Sequence record: DRR723986_619
Length of the DNA: 44,691 bases
Direction: 5' to 3' (one strand)
Position 1 is the stretch's first letter. Each line of letters begins with the position of its first letter. This document shows, one piece after another, positions 1 to 9,994 of this stretch. The notes beneath the pieces are model-generated. The model saw only the letters and a program-made list of their open reading frames with translations. It did not search any database and had not been told where the DNA came from. A program made the translations under genes and the position numbers.

Positions 1-883
1 CCTCGTTCATCATGGTGAACATGGCGCGCAGGCCCTTGTTCTCTTCGCCAACCAGCCAGCCGGTGGCATCGTCGTAGTTCATCACGCAGGTGGCGTTGCC
101 GTGAATGCCCATCTTGTGCTCGATCGAGCCGCAGGAAACGCCATTGTTGTCTCCCACCGAGCCATCGTCGCCGATCGCGTTGCGGGGCACGACAAACAGC
201 GAAATGCCCTTGGTGCCTTCCGGGGCGCCCTCGATGCGGGCCAGCACCAGGTGGATGATGTTTTCCGCCATGTCGTGCTGACCGGCTGAGATAAAGATCT
301 TCGTACCGGTAATCTTGTAGGAGCCGTCGGCTTGCGGCACCGCCTTGGTGCGGATGAGGCCGAGATCCGTTCCGCAGTGCGGTTCGGTCAGGTTCATGGT
401 GCCGGTCCAGGTTCCGGCGATCATGTTGGGAAGGTATGTCTGCTTCTGATCATCCGTGCCGTGGATCGTCAGGGCCGCAACGGCCCCTGCGGTCAGACCC
501 GGGTACATGGAAAAGGCCATGTTTGCCGAAGAGGCAAATTCATTGAAGACGGTGGTCAGAGTATGTGGCAGGCCCTGTCCGCCGTAATTCGCGTCCGCCG
601 ACAAGGTGCCCCAGCCGTTTTCGCAAAACGCCTTGTAGGCTTTCAGAAAGCCTTTTGGGGTCGTGACCGTGCCGTCGTCGTTGCGCGTGCAGCCTTCGCT
701 GTCTCCGGTCTGGTTCAACGGCTGGAGAACTTCTTCCGCGAACTTGCCACCCTCGCGCAAAATCGCTTCCACAAGGTCGAGAGGTGCATCGGAAAAACCT
801 GGCAGGTTGGAATATCGGTCATAGCCGAACACGTCCTTCAACAGGAAAAGCGTGTCATCGACGGGAGCGGTATAGCTCGGCAT
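1..883 (-). CDS. Acyl-CoA dehydrogenase (long FadE/DmdC-like family), 5' part; runs off the window edge
   Basis: Not in the ORF track. Manual translation from ATG 883 gives [20 protein letters not shown]...YGGQGLP...[14 protein letters not shown]...[12 protein letters not shown]...GTKGISLF...[13 protein letters not shown], all ACAD motifs. GGAGG lies upstream. Confidence 0.95.
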   Translation of the reverse strand, partial: MPSYTAPVDDTLFLLKDVFGYDRYSNLPGFSDAPLDLVEAILREGGKFAEEVLQPLNQTGDSEGCTRNDDGTVTTPKGFLKAYKAFCENGWGTLSADANYGGQGLPHTLTTVFNEFASSANMAFSMYPGLTAGAVAALTIHGTDDQKQTYLPNMIAGTWTGTMNLTEPHCGTDLGLIRTKAVPQADGSYKITGTKIFISAGQHDMAENIIHLVLARIEGAPEGTKGISLFVVPRNAIGDDGSVGDNNGVSCGSIEHKMGIHGNATCVMNYDDATGWLVGEENKGLRAMFTMMNE

Positions 884-917
884 GGAAATCCTCCCAGATC
901 TGCCGTTTATGTCTCGA

Positions 918-935
918 CTTTACGTTTCCGTAAAC
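918..935. promoter_or_regulatory. LiuR-type (MerR family) operator
   Basis: CTTTACGTTTCCGTAAAC, a near-palindrome matching the proteobacterial LiuR consensus sTTTACGTwwACGTAAAs, 35 bp upstream of the acyl-CoA dehydrogenase ATG. Confidence 0.8.
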
Positions 936-1151
936 GTCACCTTGAGGCTTGTATACGCGTGTTGTTATTGCCCGGCAAGTGGTGCCCCAACGGAAGGGTT
1001 GTCAAAAAAATACGCCTAAAACATGCTGATGGGAATGATTTCCGCAGGTCCCGTACGCGAAATCGTGTTGCGACTTGTCGTTTTTGGGGAATTTCACAGT
1101 TTTGGAAAAAGGGCGTCAATTCTCGCAAAAATTGCAAGTTGGCGGACGCAC

Positions 1152-1185
1152 AAACAAAAAACCGCTGGCGTTGCCGCCAGCGGTT
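1152..1185 (-). terminator. Intrinsic terminator of the MerR gene
   Basis: Perfect stem AACCGCTGGCG-ttgc-CGCCAGCGGTT followed by a T-run on the minus strand, 30 bp after the MerR stop. Confidence 0.85.
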
Positions 1186-1214
1186 CAAAACTCTGAGGTC
1201 GAAAGGAAAGGGAC

Positions 1215-1715
1215 TTATGCCTCTTCCGCTTCCTTGTGCTTCAGCATGCCGGAAACGATCTCGACAGTGCGTGACAATTCCTCGATGGCCTGTTCGATGT
1301 CCTTGCGCTGATCTTCCAGAACGGCGATCTGCTCGTTGAACTTGGACAGGGCGACGCGGAGCTGGGTCACCTGACCGTCGCGCAGGTCGTAAAGGTCGAG
1401 CATGTCGCGGATCTCGGACAGGGAAAAGCCAACGCGTTTGCCCATCAGTACCAGTTTCAGGCGGGCACGGTCGCGGCGGTTATAGACGCGGTTCAGGCCA
1501 TCACGCTTGGGGTTGAGCAACCCCTTGTCTTCGTAAAAGCGCAGCGTGCGCAGGGTGCAGTCGAATTCTTTCGCCAGGTCGCCGATTGTGAACTGGGTTT
1601 TCTTTGTGCTGTCGTCGTTTGCGGACACAACGTCCACAAGATCGTCTTCATTGAGGATCGAAAGCGCTTCGCTCATAGCAGTTTGTTCTCGTTTTTCAGC
1701 CGTTGTCCGGCTCAT
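1215..1715 (-). CDS. liuR: MerR-family transcriptional regulator, LiuR/GnyR-like
   Basis: FTIGDLAKEFDCTLRTLRFYEDKGLL...RVYNRRDRARLKLVLMGKRVGFSLSEI HTH plus coiled coil. Adjacent to an acyl-CoA dehydrogenase and two matching operators. True start could be ATG 1676. Confidence 0.85.
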   Translation of the reverse strand: MSRTTAEKREQTAMSEALSILNEDDLVDVVSANDDSTKKTQFTIGDLAKEFDCTLRTLRFYEDKGLLNPKRDGLNRVYNRRDRARLKLVLMGKRVGFSLSEIRDMLDLYDLRDGQVTQLRVALSKFNEQIAVLEDQRKDIEQAIEELSRTVEIVSGMLKHKEAEEA

Positions 1716-1827
1716 CGTTGATGTTTTGCAGTTTTCGAAACCCGCTCCGAAGACATGATCTCCAGTGCGTTCTCAGGCGATGCGGTTGTGTGCACAGTGG
1801 CTCAGCCGGTTTCTTGCGCACTGTTTA

Positions 1828-1845
1828 GCTTACGTTTGCGTTAAG
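1828..1845. promoter_or_regulatory. Second LiuR-type operator (probable autoregulation)
   Basis: GCTTACGTTTGCGTTAAG (minus strand CTTAACGCAAACGTAAGC), similar to the 918-935 site and upstream of the MerR gene. Confidence 0.65.
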
Positions 1846-1895
1846 GTCCAGTCACGGAAGGTCGCAGGGGAAAAATTCGTTAACGCAGCGTTTGC

Positions 1896-1988
1896 CGATT
1901 CGCGTCACCCTGATCGCGTGAACATCGGATTTTCATTCGAAAACAGTCTGTTTTCGCATTTAGCAAGGCCAATTAACGGCCTGTTTAC
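1896..1988 (+). promoter_or_regulatory. Cell-cycle motifs upstream of podJ: CcrM/GcrA-type site and CtrA-like box
   Basis: CGATTCG (1896-1902, a GANTC in YGAKTCK context) and TTAA-cggcctg-TTTAC (1973-1988, one mismatch to TTAA-N7-TTAAC). podJ is a known GcrA/CtrA target in Caulobacter. Confidence 0.5.
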
Positions 1989-2098
1989 CCTAAAACGACA
2001 AAGTCTTTCAAAACGCTGTGCCTGTCCCGTCCTCGACGGAATCATGGCGCAGCCTGTTTCATCAGCGGTCTGAATGACCGTCAGCCCAGGGTCAAGAG

Positions 2099-5000
2099 AT
2101 GCCGGCTTGGAAGAAAAACGAGGCAGGACGCCGCGGCCGTGATGCGTATGAAGGCGACGACTTTTACGATGCACCACGCCGCGAGCCGGCGCGAAACCGC
2201 ATAGAACGGTTGACGCGCACTGCAACGGCGCTTGGCAAAAATGACCGTTATCCCTCCGAGGAACGTGACGAGGATCTCGACGCCGTGGCCGACGAGCTGG
2301 ACCGGCTACTGGCCGACCAGGCGGAACCACGCCGGCCCGAAGTGCGTCGGCCGGAGCCTCACCAGTCTGCGCCGCGCCGCAGGGTGCCTCGCCGCGAGCC
2401 GGGCATTGATGAAGTCATGGGTGCGCTCGACCGATTGGACGAACAGGTGCAGGGGCTTGCGAGCCCGGACCCGCGGGAAGACTATCGTCAGGAGCATCGC
2501 GCGGACTACCGGGATGAGCCGCTTCGGCCGGCGCCGAAGCCACGTCCTCGCCCGGGAAGCTATGCCATCGACAATCTGCCGGCTGACGAACCCTATTATG
2601 ACGAGGACGATGCCTACGAAGCGCAATATGCGCCGCAGCCCTCTCGCCAGCGCGACCGGGACGTACGCTCCAGCAGCGAAGCGTCCATGCATATCTACAA
2701 GGACCTTGGCCGCCGCATCGACGCATTGAGAGCGCCGCAGGAACAGGCCTTCAATCAGGTTCGCGATGAGCTTGGTTCGCTGCGCGAGGCACTTGGCGGC
2801 CTGTCGCGCGGCACCAACGAAACCGTGAGCCGGCAGAATGCGGAACTGCGTCGCCTGTCCGACATGGTCGAGCGTCTGCGTGCCGACAAGAAGAACGACC
2901 AGCTTGCCCGCGAGATCCGCAAGGAAGTCGCCGACCTGAAGGACATGGTCGGCCGCACGAACGTGGAAGGGGCGCTCCAGACCCTCGAGCACGGGTATGC
3001 CCATATCCTGCAGCGTCTTGATGAATTGTCCCGTGCGTCTGTGGATCCCCGCGTCCTGCGCGGTGTGACCGCGCGTCTCAATGAAATCGAGGACGCCTTT
3101 GCCGCGCTGCCGCGGTCCGAGCACATGATGGTGCTGGAAGACCGGGTCGTCAGCATTGCCGAACGTATGGAAGAGCTCCTGCAGCGCAAGGGCCACGCCG
3201 ATATCGAACCGCTTCGCGCGGAACTGCGTGAAGTGCGCGGCTTTGTCGAACAGATCGATATCAAGGGTCTTGTCGAGGGTATCGATGACCGGATGAAATT
3301 CGTGTCCGGCCGCCTCGACGATCTGGAAGTCCTGGCCCGGGAACAGCGCGGCCTGGACAGCCGTCTGTCCGCCATGGAACAGCGCATGCCCGAGCCGGAA
3401 ACGATCTCCAGGCTGCAGGGCCGCCTGGAAGACATCGTCGGCATGATGGCCGACGACCGTGCAGCTCCGGTGGACACTCAGCATCTGGGTCAGGTTGACC
3501 GGCGCCTCGACGAGATCGTTGACCGTCTCGAGAGGATGGAGCAGGCAGGTCCGCTTCCGTCGACCGACACGGGCGCCTTTGCAGCGCTGGAACAGCGTCT
3601 GGAAACGATCTCCGGCAAGATCGACGCGATCGAAAAGAAGTCTGCGCGCCCGGTGCCGGTTCTGGATGCAGCCGCGATGCGGTCCGGCGGCAATGCGCCG
3701 GACACCAAGTTCATGGCCCAGCTTCAGGAGCGGTTGAACGATCTGACTGCTCGTCTGGATCAGCCGAAAGACACGGTCACGACATCGGACCTCGACAAGC
3801 TGCGCGCGGAGATCGGATCCATGCGTGCCAGCGTGTCGGCACCGGCATCGACAGAAGCTCTCGAGCAGCGGATTGCCGATCTGGCGCAGATCGTGTCGAA
3901 AGGCGCCGAGGTTACCGACGACAGCCGCTTCGAACAGCTTGGAGCCAAGGTTGCCGCGCTCGCGGAACAGATCGAAAGCACGTCCACTCAGGCGTTCAGC
4001 ATGGAGCAGTTCTCACCGTTCCTGGAGCGGATCGAGAAGGGCCTGGAAAAAACCCGCTCAGACGTCGTGGGCATCGCCCGCGAAGCGGCAAGGGAAGCGA
4101 TCGAAAGCGCACCGGCACCGAGAAACGGCCAGTACGATCAGGCCATCACGGAGCTTCAGTCCGATCTGAAGCGGTTGCTTGACGCTGCTGAAGGTACTGA
4201 CGAACGGACGCGGAACACCTTTGACGGGGTCAAGTCCGTGCTGGGCTCGCTGACCGAGCGCCTGGACAACCTGGAACGTGCCGACCACTTCGGTGAAACA
4301 CCGGCCTCCAGCTTCTCCCCGATCAAGGTTGATGAACCGGCTCCGTTGTTCTCCAAGGCCCCACAGGCCAGGAAGACGGAAGGCGAGCAGCAGCCCGCTG
4401 ATGCACAGCGTGCCGATGACCGGACCCGTGATCGTAAGGCAGACTTCATCGCAGCTGCCCGCCGTGCAGCACAGGCAGCTTCCGCGGAAGCTGCCCAGCT
4501 GGAAAAGCGGCAGAAGGTAACGGAAGAACCTGAAGCTGCCGACGAGGAACGCGGCAAGGCCCGTGTCGGCTGGCTGCGCAACGTTCTCAAGCGCGACAAG
4601 TCCGCTGCGAAGGAAGACAAGGCCGAACCGGTCGGAGATCTGGAGCTGAATGCCGAGGACGTTGCCGATCAGGCGTTTGAAACCCAGGATTCTGCCGTTC
4701 TGCCTGGTGACCGCCCGGCACCGGAAGCTCCGCAGGCCTCCAGCGGCCGTCGTCGGGCCATTCTCTATACTGCTGCCGCCGTTGTCCTGTTGATCGGAAC
4801 ACTGCAGGTGTTCCGCCTGGCAACCGGTGGCCCGGAAGAGGCCGATCAGCTTGCCGCGAACACGTCGGAAACCGTTGAAGCGGTTCCTGCGCCGGAAATG
4901 GCAGACGCTGCTCCGGTACAAGCCGACGTGCAGCCGGACGTTGAGGTTACTAGCGAGGTCGCTCTGGCAGAAAGCCGCGGCGTCGGATCTGCGGCCGAAG

Positions 5001-6160
5001 GCGCAGAATCCGGGGCAGTCAGCGCGATGCCGGACGAGACAGCCGACACGATGTCAGAACAGCTCCCGGCTGTTGCATCAGCGCAGTCCGCGCCGGCGCA
5101 AACGACACCGGTCATCGAAAGCAACAATGTTGAGGCTGCTTCCGCGTCCGGTCCGCTTGCCCCTGAAACCGAACTGGCGTTCGCGCCGCCCGCAGGCGTT
5201 GCAAGCAGCTTTGGCGAAGCAGGTGAAAGCACTGTGTCCGGGTTCCAACCGGCAAGCGAAGCGGGTGCCCCGGCAAGCCTCCTTGCAAATCTGCCGCCGG
5301 AAGGCGTTGGCCCGATGGCGCTGCGTAGCGCTGCTGCCAGCGGCAATGCGGCCGCAGAATTCCTGGTGGGTGTGAAATTCACCGAAGGCAGCGGTGTATC
5401 GGCGGATCTGTCCAAGGCAGCAGTCTGGTATCAGAAAGCGGCCGACAAGGGTCTCGCGCCTGCTCAGTACAGGCTCGCAAGCCTCTACGAAAAAGGCCGT
5501 GGTGTCGACAAGGACCTGCCAAAGGCAAAGGCCTGGTATTCCAAGGCGGCCGAAGCCGGTAATGCGAAGGCCATGCATAACCTCGCGGTTCTTTATGCTG
5601 AGGGAGGTGGTGAACAGCCCGACTATGCAGCTGCTGCCAAGTGGTTCGAAGAAGCCGCCAATTTCGGCGTCAAGGACAGCCTGTTCAACCTGGGCATCCT
5701 CTACGCAGGAGGCATCGGCGTCGATAAGGACCTGGTAGCCAGCTACAAATGGTTCGCGATTGCGGCCGATCAGGGCGATCCGGAAGCAGCCAAGCGCCGC
5801 GACGATGTCGCCAACATGATGGATCAGGAAACCCTGGCCAATGCCCGGCTCGCGGTTGAAAACTTCAAGCTGAAGACGCCGAACGCGGCGGCCAACAAGG
5901 TGACGATGGAGCCGGGTTGGGTGGACAGCGCTACATTGCCGGCGGAAAAGGTGTCGATCCAGGCGCCCGACAACACGGCCATGGTCAAGGAAGCCCAGGA
6001 CAAGCTCAACTACCTGGGTTTTGACACAGGTACCCCGGACGGCCAGATGGGTCCGCGCACCCGCAGCGCGATCCGCGCCTTCCAGCGGAGCATCGGAATG
6101 CCGGAAACCGGAGAAGTCGACAACCGTCTGCTGGACGAGTTGAAGAGCCAGGCGATCTAG
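2099..6160 (+). CDS. podJ: Polar organizing protein PodJ-like (coiled coils, TM helix, Sel1 repeats, peptidoglycan-binding domain)
   Basis: Long coiled-coil region, DFIAAARRAAQAA motif, TM segment AILYTAAAVVLLIGTLQVF, four Sel1 repeats (e.g. GLAPAQYRLASLYEKGRGVDKDLPKAKAWYSKAAEAG) and C-terminal LGFDTGTPDGQMGPRTRSAIRAFQ. Confidence 0.9.
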   Translation: MPAWKKNEAGRRGRDAYEGDDFYDAPRREPARNRIERLTRTATALGKNDRYPSEERDEDLDAVADELDRLLADQAEPRRPEVRRPEPHQSAPRRRVPRREPGIDEVMGALDRLDEQVQGLASPDPREDYRQEHRADYRDEPLRPAPKPRPRPGSYAIDNLPADEPYYDEDDAYEAQYAPQPSRQRDRDVRSSSEASMHIYKDLGRRIDALRAPQEQAFNQVRDELGSLREALGGLSRGTNETVSRQNAELRRLSDMVERLRADKKNDQLAREIRKEVADLKDMVGRTNVEGALQTLEHGYAHILQRLDELSRASVDPRVLRGVTARLNEIEDAFAALPRSEHMMVLEDRVVSIAERMEELLQRKGHADIEPLRAELREVRGFVEQIDIKGLVEGIDDRMKFVSGRLDDLEVLAREQRGLDSRLSAMEQRMPEPETISRLQGRLEDIVGMMADDRAAPVDTQHLGQVDRRLDEIVDRLERMEQAGPLPSTDTGAFAALEQRLETISGKIDAIEKKSARPVPVLDAAAMRSGGNAPDTKFMAQLQERLNDLTARLDQPKDTVTTSDLDKLRAEIGSMRASVSAPASTEALEQRIADLAQIVSKGAEVTDDSRFEQLGAKVAALAEQIESTSTQAFSMEQFSPFLERIEKGLEKTRSDVVGIAREAAREAIESAPAPRNGQYDQAITELQSDLKRLLDAAEGTDERTRNTFDGVKSVLGSLTERLDNLERADHFGETPASSFSPIKVDEPAPLFSKAPQARKTEGEQQPADAQRADDRTRDRKADFIAAARRAAQAASAEAAQLEKRQKVTEEPEAADEERGKARVGWLRNVLKRDKSAAKEDKAEPVGDLELNAEDVADQAFETQDSAVLPGDRPAPEAPQASSGRRRAILYTAAAVVLLIGTLQVFRLATGGPEEADQLAANTSETVEAVPAPEMADAAPVQADVQPDVEVTSEVALAESRGVGSAAEGAESGAVSAMPDETADTMSEQLPAVASAQSAPAQTTPVIESNNVEAASASGPLAPETELAFAPPAGVASSFGEAGESTVSGFQPASEAGAPASLLANLPPEGVGPMALRSAAASGNAAAEFLVGVKFTEGSGVSADLSKAAVWYQKAADKGLAPAQYRLASLYEKGRGVDKDLPKAKAWYSKAAEAGNAKAMHNLAVLYAEGGGEQPDYAAAAKWFEEAANFGVKDSLFNLGILYAGGIGVDKDLVASYKWFAIAADQGDPEAAKRRDDVANMMDQETLANARLAVENFKLKTPNAAANKVTMEPGWVDSATLPAEKVSIQAPDNTAMVKEAQDKLNYLGFDTGTPDGQMGPRTRSAIRAFQRSIGMPETGEVDNRLLDELKSQAI

Positions 6161-6214
6161 ACCATCCCTTGGTGTATCCGGGGTGGGCGCGACAAACGGC
6201 GACCTGATGAAACG

Positions 6215-6251
6215 AACACCCAGCCAGGCCAGATGCCCGGCTGGGTGTTTT
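6215..6251 (+). terminator. Hairpin terminator after podJ
   Basis: AACACCCAGCC-a-GGC-cagat-GCC-c-GGCTGGGTGTT with a short T tail. Confidence 0.7.
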
Positions 6252-6580
6252 CACATTGCGGCCCGCATTGTTTTTTCACGGTGGCTCGAAATGGAATTTT
6301 CTTCGGTAACGGCGCTACAGGCAATTTGCCGATGGAAAAGGCAGAGCCTGAATGCAGTCAGATATTCGAACGTGAAGCACTATGGGCGTGGTTTCAAAAA
6401 CAGACCGGAACGCGGGATATTTGCGCAACGCAATGGTCGAATTCCGCCTGGCACTTGTCTAAAATCGGCGAACCGAACCAAACAGACCTGCTGGCCGGTT
6501 GACATGCTGGACTCTACAGGTCTTTAACCATTTCATCGTAATCTTTACGCAGTCATTTCTGCAGTTTTCCGGTTGACCCC

Positions 6581-7510
6581 GTGCAATTATACCTGCCCAT
6601 AGCCGAGATTCCGGTGAATATCTTCGTGATATTCGGCATGGGCGGCGCCGTGGGTTTTCTGTCGGGGCTGTTCGGTATCGGCGGTGGCTTCCTGCTGACA
6701 CCGCTTTTGATCTTCTCCGGTATCCCGCCCGCTGTTTCCGTTGCCACCGTCACCACGCAGGTGGTTGCCTCTTCGTCATCGGCCGTCGTCACCTATTGGC
6801 GACGAAAGGCCATCGACCTGAAACTCGGCACAATCCTGCTCTGCGGCGGTGTCATAGGGTCGTTTATCGGCGTCATATTGTTTGAGGTTCTGCAGTCCAT
6901 CGGTCAGCTGGATGTCGTGATTTCGCTGTCCTATGTGACGTTCCTGGGCGCCATTGGCGGCCTGATGCTGTTCGAATCCATCCGTGCCATCCGTCGGCGC
7001 AAGTCCGGCGTTGCGCCCAAAGCCCGCAAACCCGGTCAGCATAACTGGATCCACGGGCTGCCGCTGAAAGTCCGTTTCCGGCGCTCCAAGCTTTATGTGA
7101 GCATCATCCCGGTTGTCGGCCTTGGCGCGATCATCGGCTTTCTCGGCACGATCCTGGGGATCGGCGGCGGCTTCATGATGGTGCCTGCGCTGATCTACCT
7201 GCTGCGCGTGCCCACCAGCATCGTCATCGGCACATCCCTGTTCCAGATCCTTTTCACAATGGCAGCCGCGACCGTGTTCCATGCCATGGGCACGAAGACT
7301 GTCGACATCGTTCTGGCCATGACGCTGATGGTCGGGGGTGTGATCGGAGCCCAGTTCGGGGCTCGCATGGGCCAGAACCTGCGCGGCGATCAATTGCGTC
7401 TGCTGCTTGCGCTTCTGGTCCTGGCTGTCGGCTTGCGCTTTGCGGTCGACCTGCTGCTGACACCGGACGATTTCTATTCCATCGCGATCCGGAAGGGGGC
7501 AGGGGCATGA
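6581..7510 (+). CDS. TauE/SafE (TSUP) family membrane exporter
   Basis: Duplicated GFLSGLFGIGGGF / GFLGTILGIGGGF motifs, multiple TM helices, MQLYLPIAE N-terminus typical of this alphaproteobacterial subfamily. Confidence 0.9.
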   Translation: MQLYLPIAEIPVNIFVIFGMGGAVGFLSGLFGIGGGFLLTPLLIFSGIPPAVSVATVTTQVVASSSSAVVTYWRRKAIDLKLGTILLCGGVIGSFIGVILFEVLQSIGQLDVVISLSYVTFLGAIGGLMLFESIRAIRRRKSGVAPKARKPGQHNWIHGLPLKVRFRRSKLYVSIIPVVGLGAIIGFLGTILGIGGGFMMVPALIYLLRVPTSIVIGTSLFQILFTMAAATVFHAMGTKTVDIVLAMTLMVGGVIGAQFGARMGQNLRGDQLRLLLALLVLAVGLRFAVDLLLTPDDFYSIAIRKGAGA

Positions 7511-8289
7511 GCCGGCTGATCCTGCTTCTGTCGATTGTCGTTGGCCTGGTAACCGGCGCTGCTGCCCAGAGCCGGCCGAACCAGGAACTGGTGACGTCCC
7601 TGTCCTCGGATCTGATCTCGATCCAGTCCAATTTCACGGGCACGGAAATCGTCATCTTCGGGCAGGCCAGCAACATCGAGCGCCAACCCAACGATCCGAG
7701 CGGCTATGAACTGGCCATCGTCGTGGAGGGACCACCGCAGGACATCACCACGCGGCGCAAGGGCCGTTTTCTGGGCGTTTGGGTGAACCGGGAGGCCGAG
7801 CGGTTCCAGAACGTTCCTTCCTACTACGCGGTCGCCAGCACCATCAATATCGGCAACCTTGCGAACCGCACGGTTCTTGACGACCTTGGCATCGGCCTCA
7901 ACCACATCAACCTGGCTGTCTCGGGCGTTTCCAATGTCGCTCTGTCAGACAGGGATGATTTTCGCCGCGCCTTCGTCCGGCTGCGGGAGCAGATGGGTCT
8001 TTACTCGGAACAGCAAACCTCGATCACCTTTCTGACCGACACGATGTTCCGAACCAATATTCCCCTGCCGGCCAACATCCCGGTGGGCGACTACAAGGTC
8101 AAAAGCTTCCTCTTCCTCCATGGCGAGGTGGTGGCCCAGACGGAGCAGACGCTGGCTGTTGCCAAAAGCGGTTTCGAACAGGTCACCTTTGAACTGGCGC
8201 AGTCCTATCCGTTCTTCTATGGCCTCCTCGCGGTGTCACTGGCCATTTTCACAGGCTGGCTCGCCGGTGTGATCTTCCGCAAGGACTAG
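7507..8289 (+). CDS. Conserved TIGR02186-type membrane-anchored protein
   Basis: Signal peptide, ISIQSNFTGTEIVIFG, RRKGRFLGVWVN, IPLPANIPVGDY and a C-terminal TM. ATGA overlap with the TauE gene, its usual partner. Confidence 0.85.
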   Translation: MSRLILLLSIVVGLVTGAAAQSRPNQELVTSLSSDLISIQSNFTGTEIVIFGQASNIERQPNDPSGYELAIVVEGPPQDITTRRKGRFLGVWVNREAERFQNVPSYYAVASTINIGNLANRTVLDDLGIGLNHINLAVSGVSNVALSDRDDFRRAFVRLREQMGLYSEQQTSITFLTDTMFRTNIPLPANIPVGDYKVKSFLFLHGEVVAQTEQTLAVAKSGFEQVTFELAQSYPFFYGLLAVSLAIFTGWLAGVIFRKD

Positions 8290-8478
8290 GCAGCCCCGAT
8301 CTCGGCCCTCCCGATTTTGTCTTCTCGAGCCGATCGTGTCCTCCCCGACTTATCCATCTGACCAAATGCCGATTGGTATCGTCGGAAACCGCATGTTTGC
8401 GCACTTTCCGCTGGCACTTGCCGCCGCCGCGGCTATTCTCGAGTCCAAAGAATTTTCAGACTGTTGGGGCAGGCGGAC

Positions 8479-9609
8479 ATGACAAAAGAACCCTCATCCA
8501 CACCACGGGTGGAAACAGTTGTGAAACCTGACCCGACACTGGATGCAAAGGTCATCGATATCGCCATCCGCCTGGGCGTTCTGGGGCTCTTTGCCTATTT
8601 TTCACTTCAGCTCGTCGCGCCGTTCTTTCTGTTCCTGGTCTGGGCGGTGGTGCTGACGGTCGCACTCTATCCGGTGTTTGACTGGCTCGCCGCCAGGCTT
8701 GGTGGACGAAAGGTTCTTGCAGCAGTGCTGATAACGCTCTGCTGTCTTGGAATCGTGATCGGTCCCGTTGCCGTGTTGATCGTCAGTCTCGTGGACACGC
8801 TTCAGGGCTGGTACCACGGCATGGCGAACGGCGTCCTCAAGCTGCCGCCCTTGCCTGAAAAACTCGCCGGGTTGCCGGTCGTCGGTGCCAAGATTTCCGA
8901 ATTCTGGCAACTCGCCGGTCAGGGGCTGGAACAACTCCTGGCCAAGGTCGGGCCGACGCTTGTGCCGGCCGGCAGCCGCATCCTCGGTGTTCTGGCTTCA
9001 CTCAGTGGCAGCGTGCTGTTCTTCATCGTCTCCATCATACTCGCAGGCTGCCTGTTTGTGCCGGCCCCGTCTCTGGCAAAGGGCAGCAAGCTGTTTGCCG
9101 ACCGCATCATCGCGCCGCGCGGATCGGAATTTGTCGATCTGGCCGGTGCCACCATCCGCAACGTCTCGCGCGGTGTCATCGGTGTTGCTGTCGTCCAGGG
9201 GCTGCTGACGGGGATCGTGCTGATTGCGTTTTCCGTGCCGCTTGCCGGCGTCCTGACCTTCGTGGCGCTGATCCTGTGCATCATCCAGATCGGCCCGGCA
9301 CTGGTGATTGTTCCCACGATCATCTGGGCCTGGAGCTCCTGGGAACTGGTGCCGGCACTCCTGTTCACCGTGCTGATGGTTCCGGTGATGCTCATCGACA
9401 ATGTCCTGCGGCCAATCCTGATGTCCCGTGGCCTCAACGTGCCGATGCTGGTGATCCTGATCGGCGTTCTCGGCGGCACCATTGCCTATGGCTTGATCGG
9501 TCTCTTCCTCGGGCCCGTCATTCTGGCGGTGTTCTACGAACTGATCATTGCTTGGGTGAAGGCAGGCGAGAAAAGGCCACCTGAAACGACGACCTTGCCC
9601 GACCGCTAG
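8479..9609 (+). CDS. AI-2E (PerM/UPF0118) family transporter
   Basis: Multi-TM protein with IDNVLRPILM and IGVLGGTIAYGLIGLFLGPVILAV motifs. ATG 8479 preferred over TTG 8464. Confidence 0.9.
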   Translation: MTKEPSSTPRVETVVKPDPTLDAKVIDIAIRLGVLGLFAYFSLQLVAPFFLFLVWAVVLTVALYPVFDWLAARLGGRKVLAAVLITLCCLGIVIGPVAVLIVSLVDTLQGWYHGMANGVLKLPPLPEKLAGLPVVGAKISEFWQLAGQGLEQLLAKVGPTLVPAGSRILGVLASLSGSVLFFIVSIILAGCLFVPAPSLAKGSKLFADRIIAPRGSEFVDLAGATIRNVSRGVIGVAVVQGLLTGIVLIAFSVPLAGVLTFVALILCIIQIGPALVIVPTIIWAWSSWELVPALLFTVLMVPVMLIDNVLRPILMSRGLNVPMLVILIGVLGGTIAYGLIGLFLGPVILAVFYELIIAWVKAGEKRPPETTTLPDR

Positions 9610-9893
9610 AGCGTCTGAAAATAGGCACTTACCGGATCTTCGGCGAGATGACCGGAAATCATGGCCCAGGTTCCATCAGCAATCAGTCTGTCGATATGTG
9701 CCTTGTGGATTGCTTTGTTTTCCCAGCTTTCGACAAGCGTGAAGCGACATGCATCATCCAGGTCCTTCAGAACTTCGACACCCTGACATCCGGACACGCC
9801 CGGAAGATCGGCAGAAACCGAGTGCATGATGGTTTCAAACGCCTCTTGCCGGTCCTTGAGAGCCTTGAATTGAACGACAACTTTGATGGCCAT
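9606..9893 (-). CDS. Antibiotic biosynthesis monooxygenase (ABM)-domain protein / putative quinol monooxygenase
   Basis: 95 aa with GC..VEV..D.DDACRFTLVESWENKAIHKAH pattern and an AAGGA RBS. Confidence 0.85.
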   Translation of the reverse strand: MAIKVVVQFKALKDRQEAFETIMHSVSADLPGVSGCQGVEVLKDLDDACRFTLVESWENKAIHKAHIDRLIADGTWAMISGHLAEDPVSAYFQTL

Positions 9894-9959
9894 GGGGGAT
9901 CCTTTCCGCGTCGGCTGTATGTTGCCGGCATGGCATAAACAGCCAAGTCAGTTGGCGAC

Positions 9960-9994
9960 AGGTCCATTCCTGCTGAACGGCTGCCCGATCCTGC
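9960..9994 (-). promoter_or_regulatory. Candidate tandem AraC-family activator site
   Basis: On the minus strand GCAGGATCGGGCA and GCAGGAATGGACC, a GCAGGA direct repeat with 21-bp period between the araC stop and the ABM start. Confidence 0.55.

Noticed and set aside
6233..6502. 89-aa ORF in the podJ-tauE gap
   Set aside because: It starts inside the terminator hairpin, has no RBS or motif and overlaps the predicted tauE promoter.
8297..8349. Two CCTCCC-like motifs in weak stems after the TIGR02186 gene (possible cuckoo-type sRNA)
   Set aside because: The loops are not the CCUCCUCCC consensus, the stems are short or irregular and there is no terminator.
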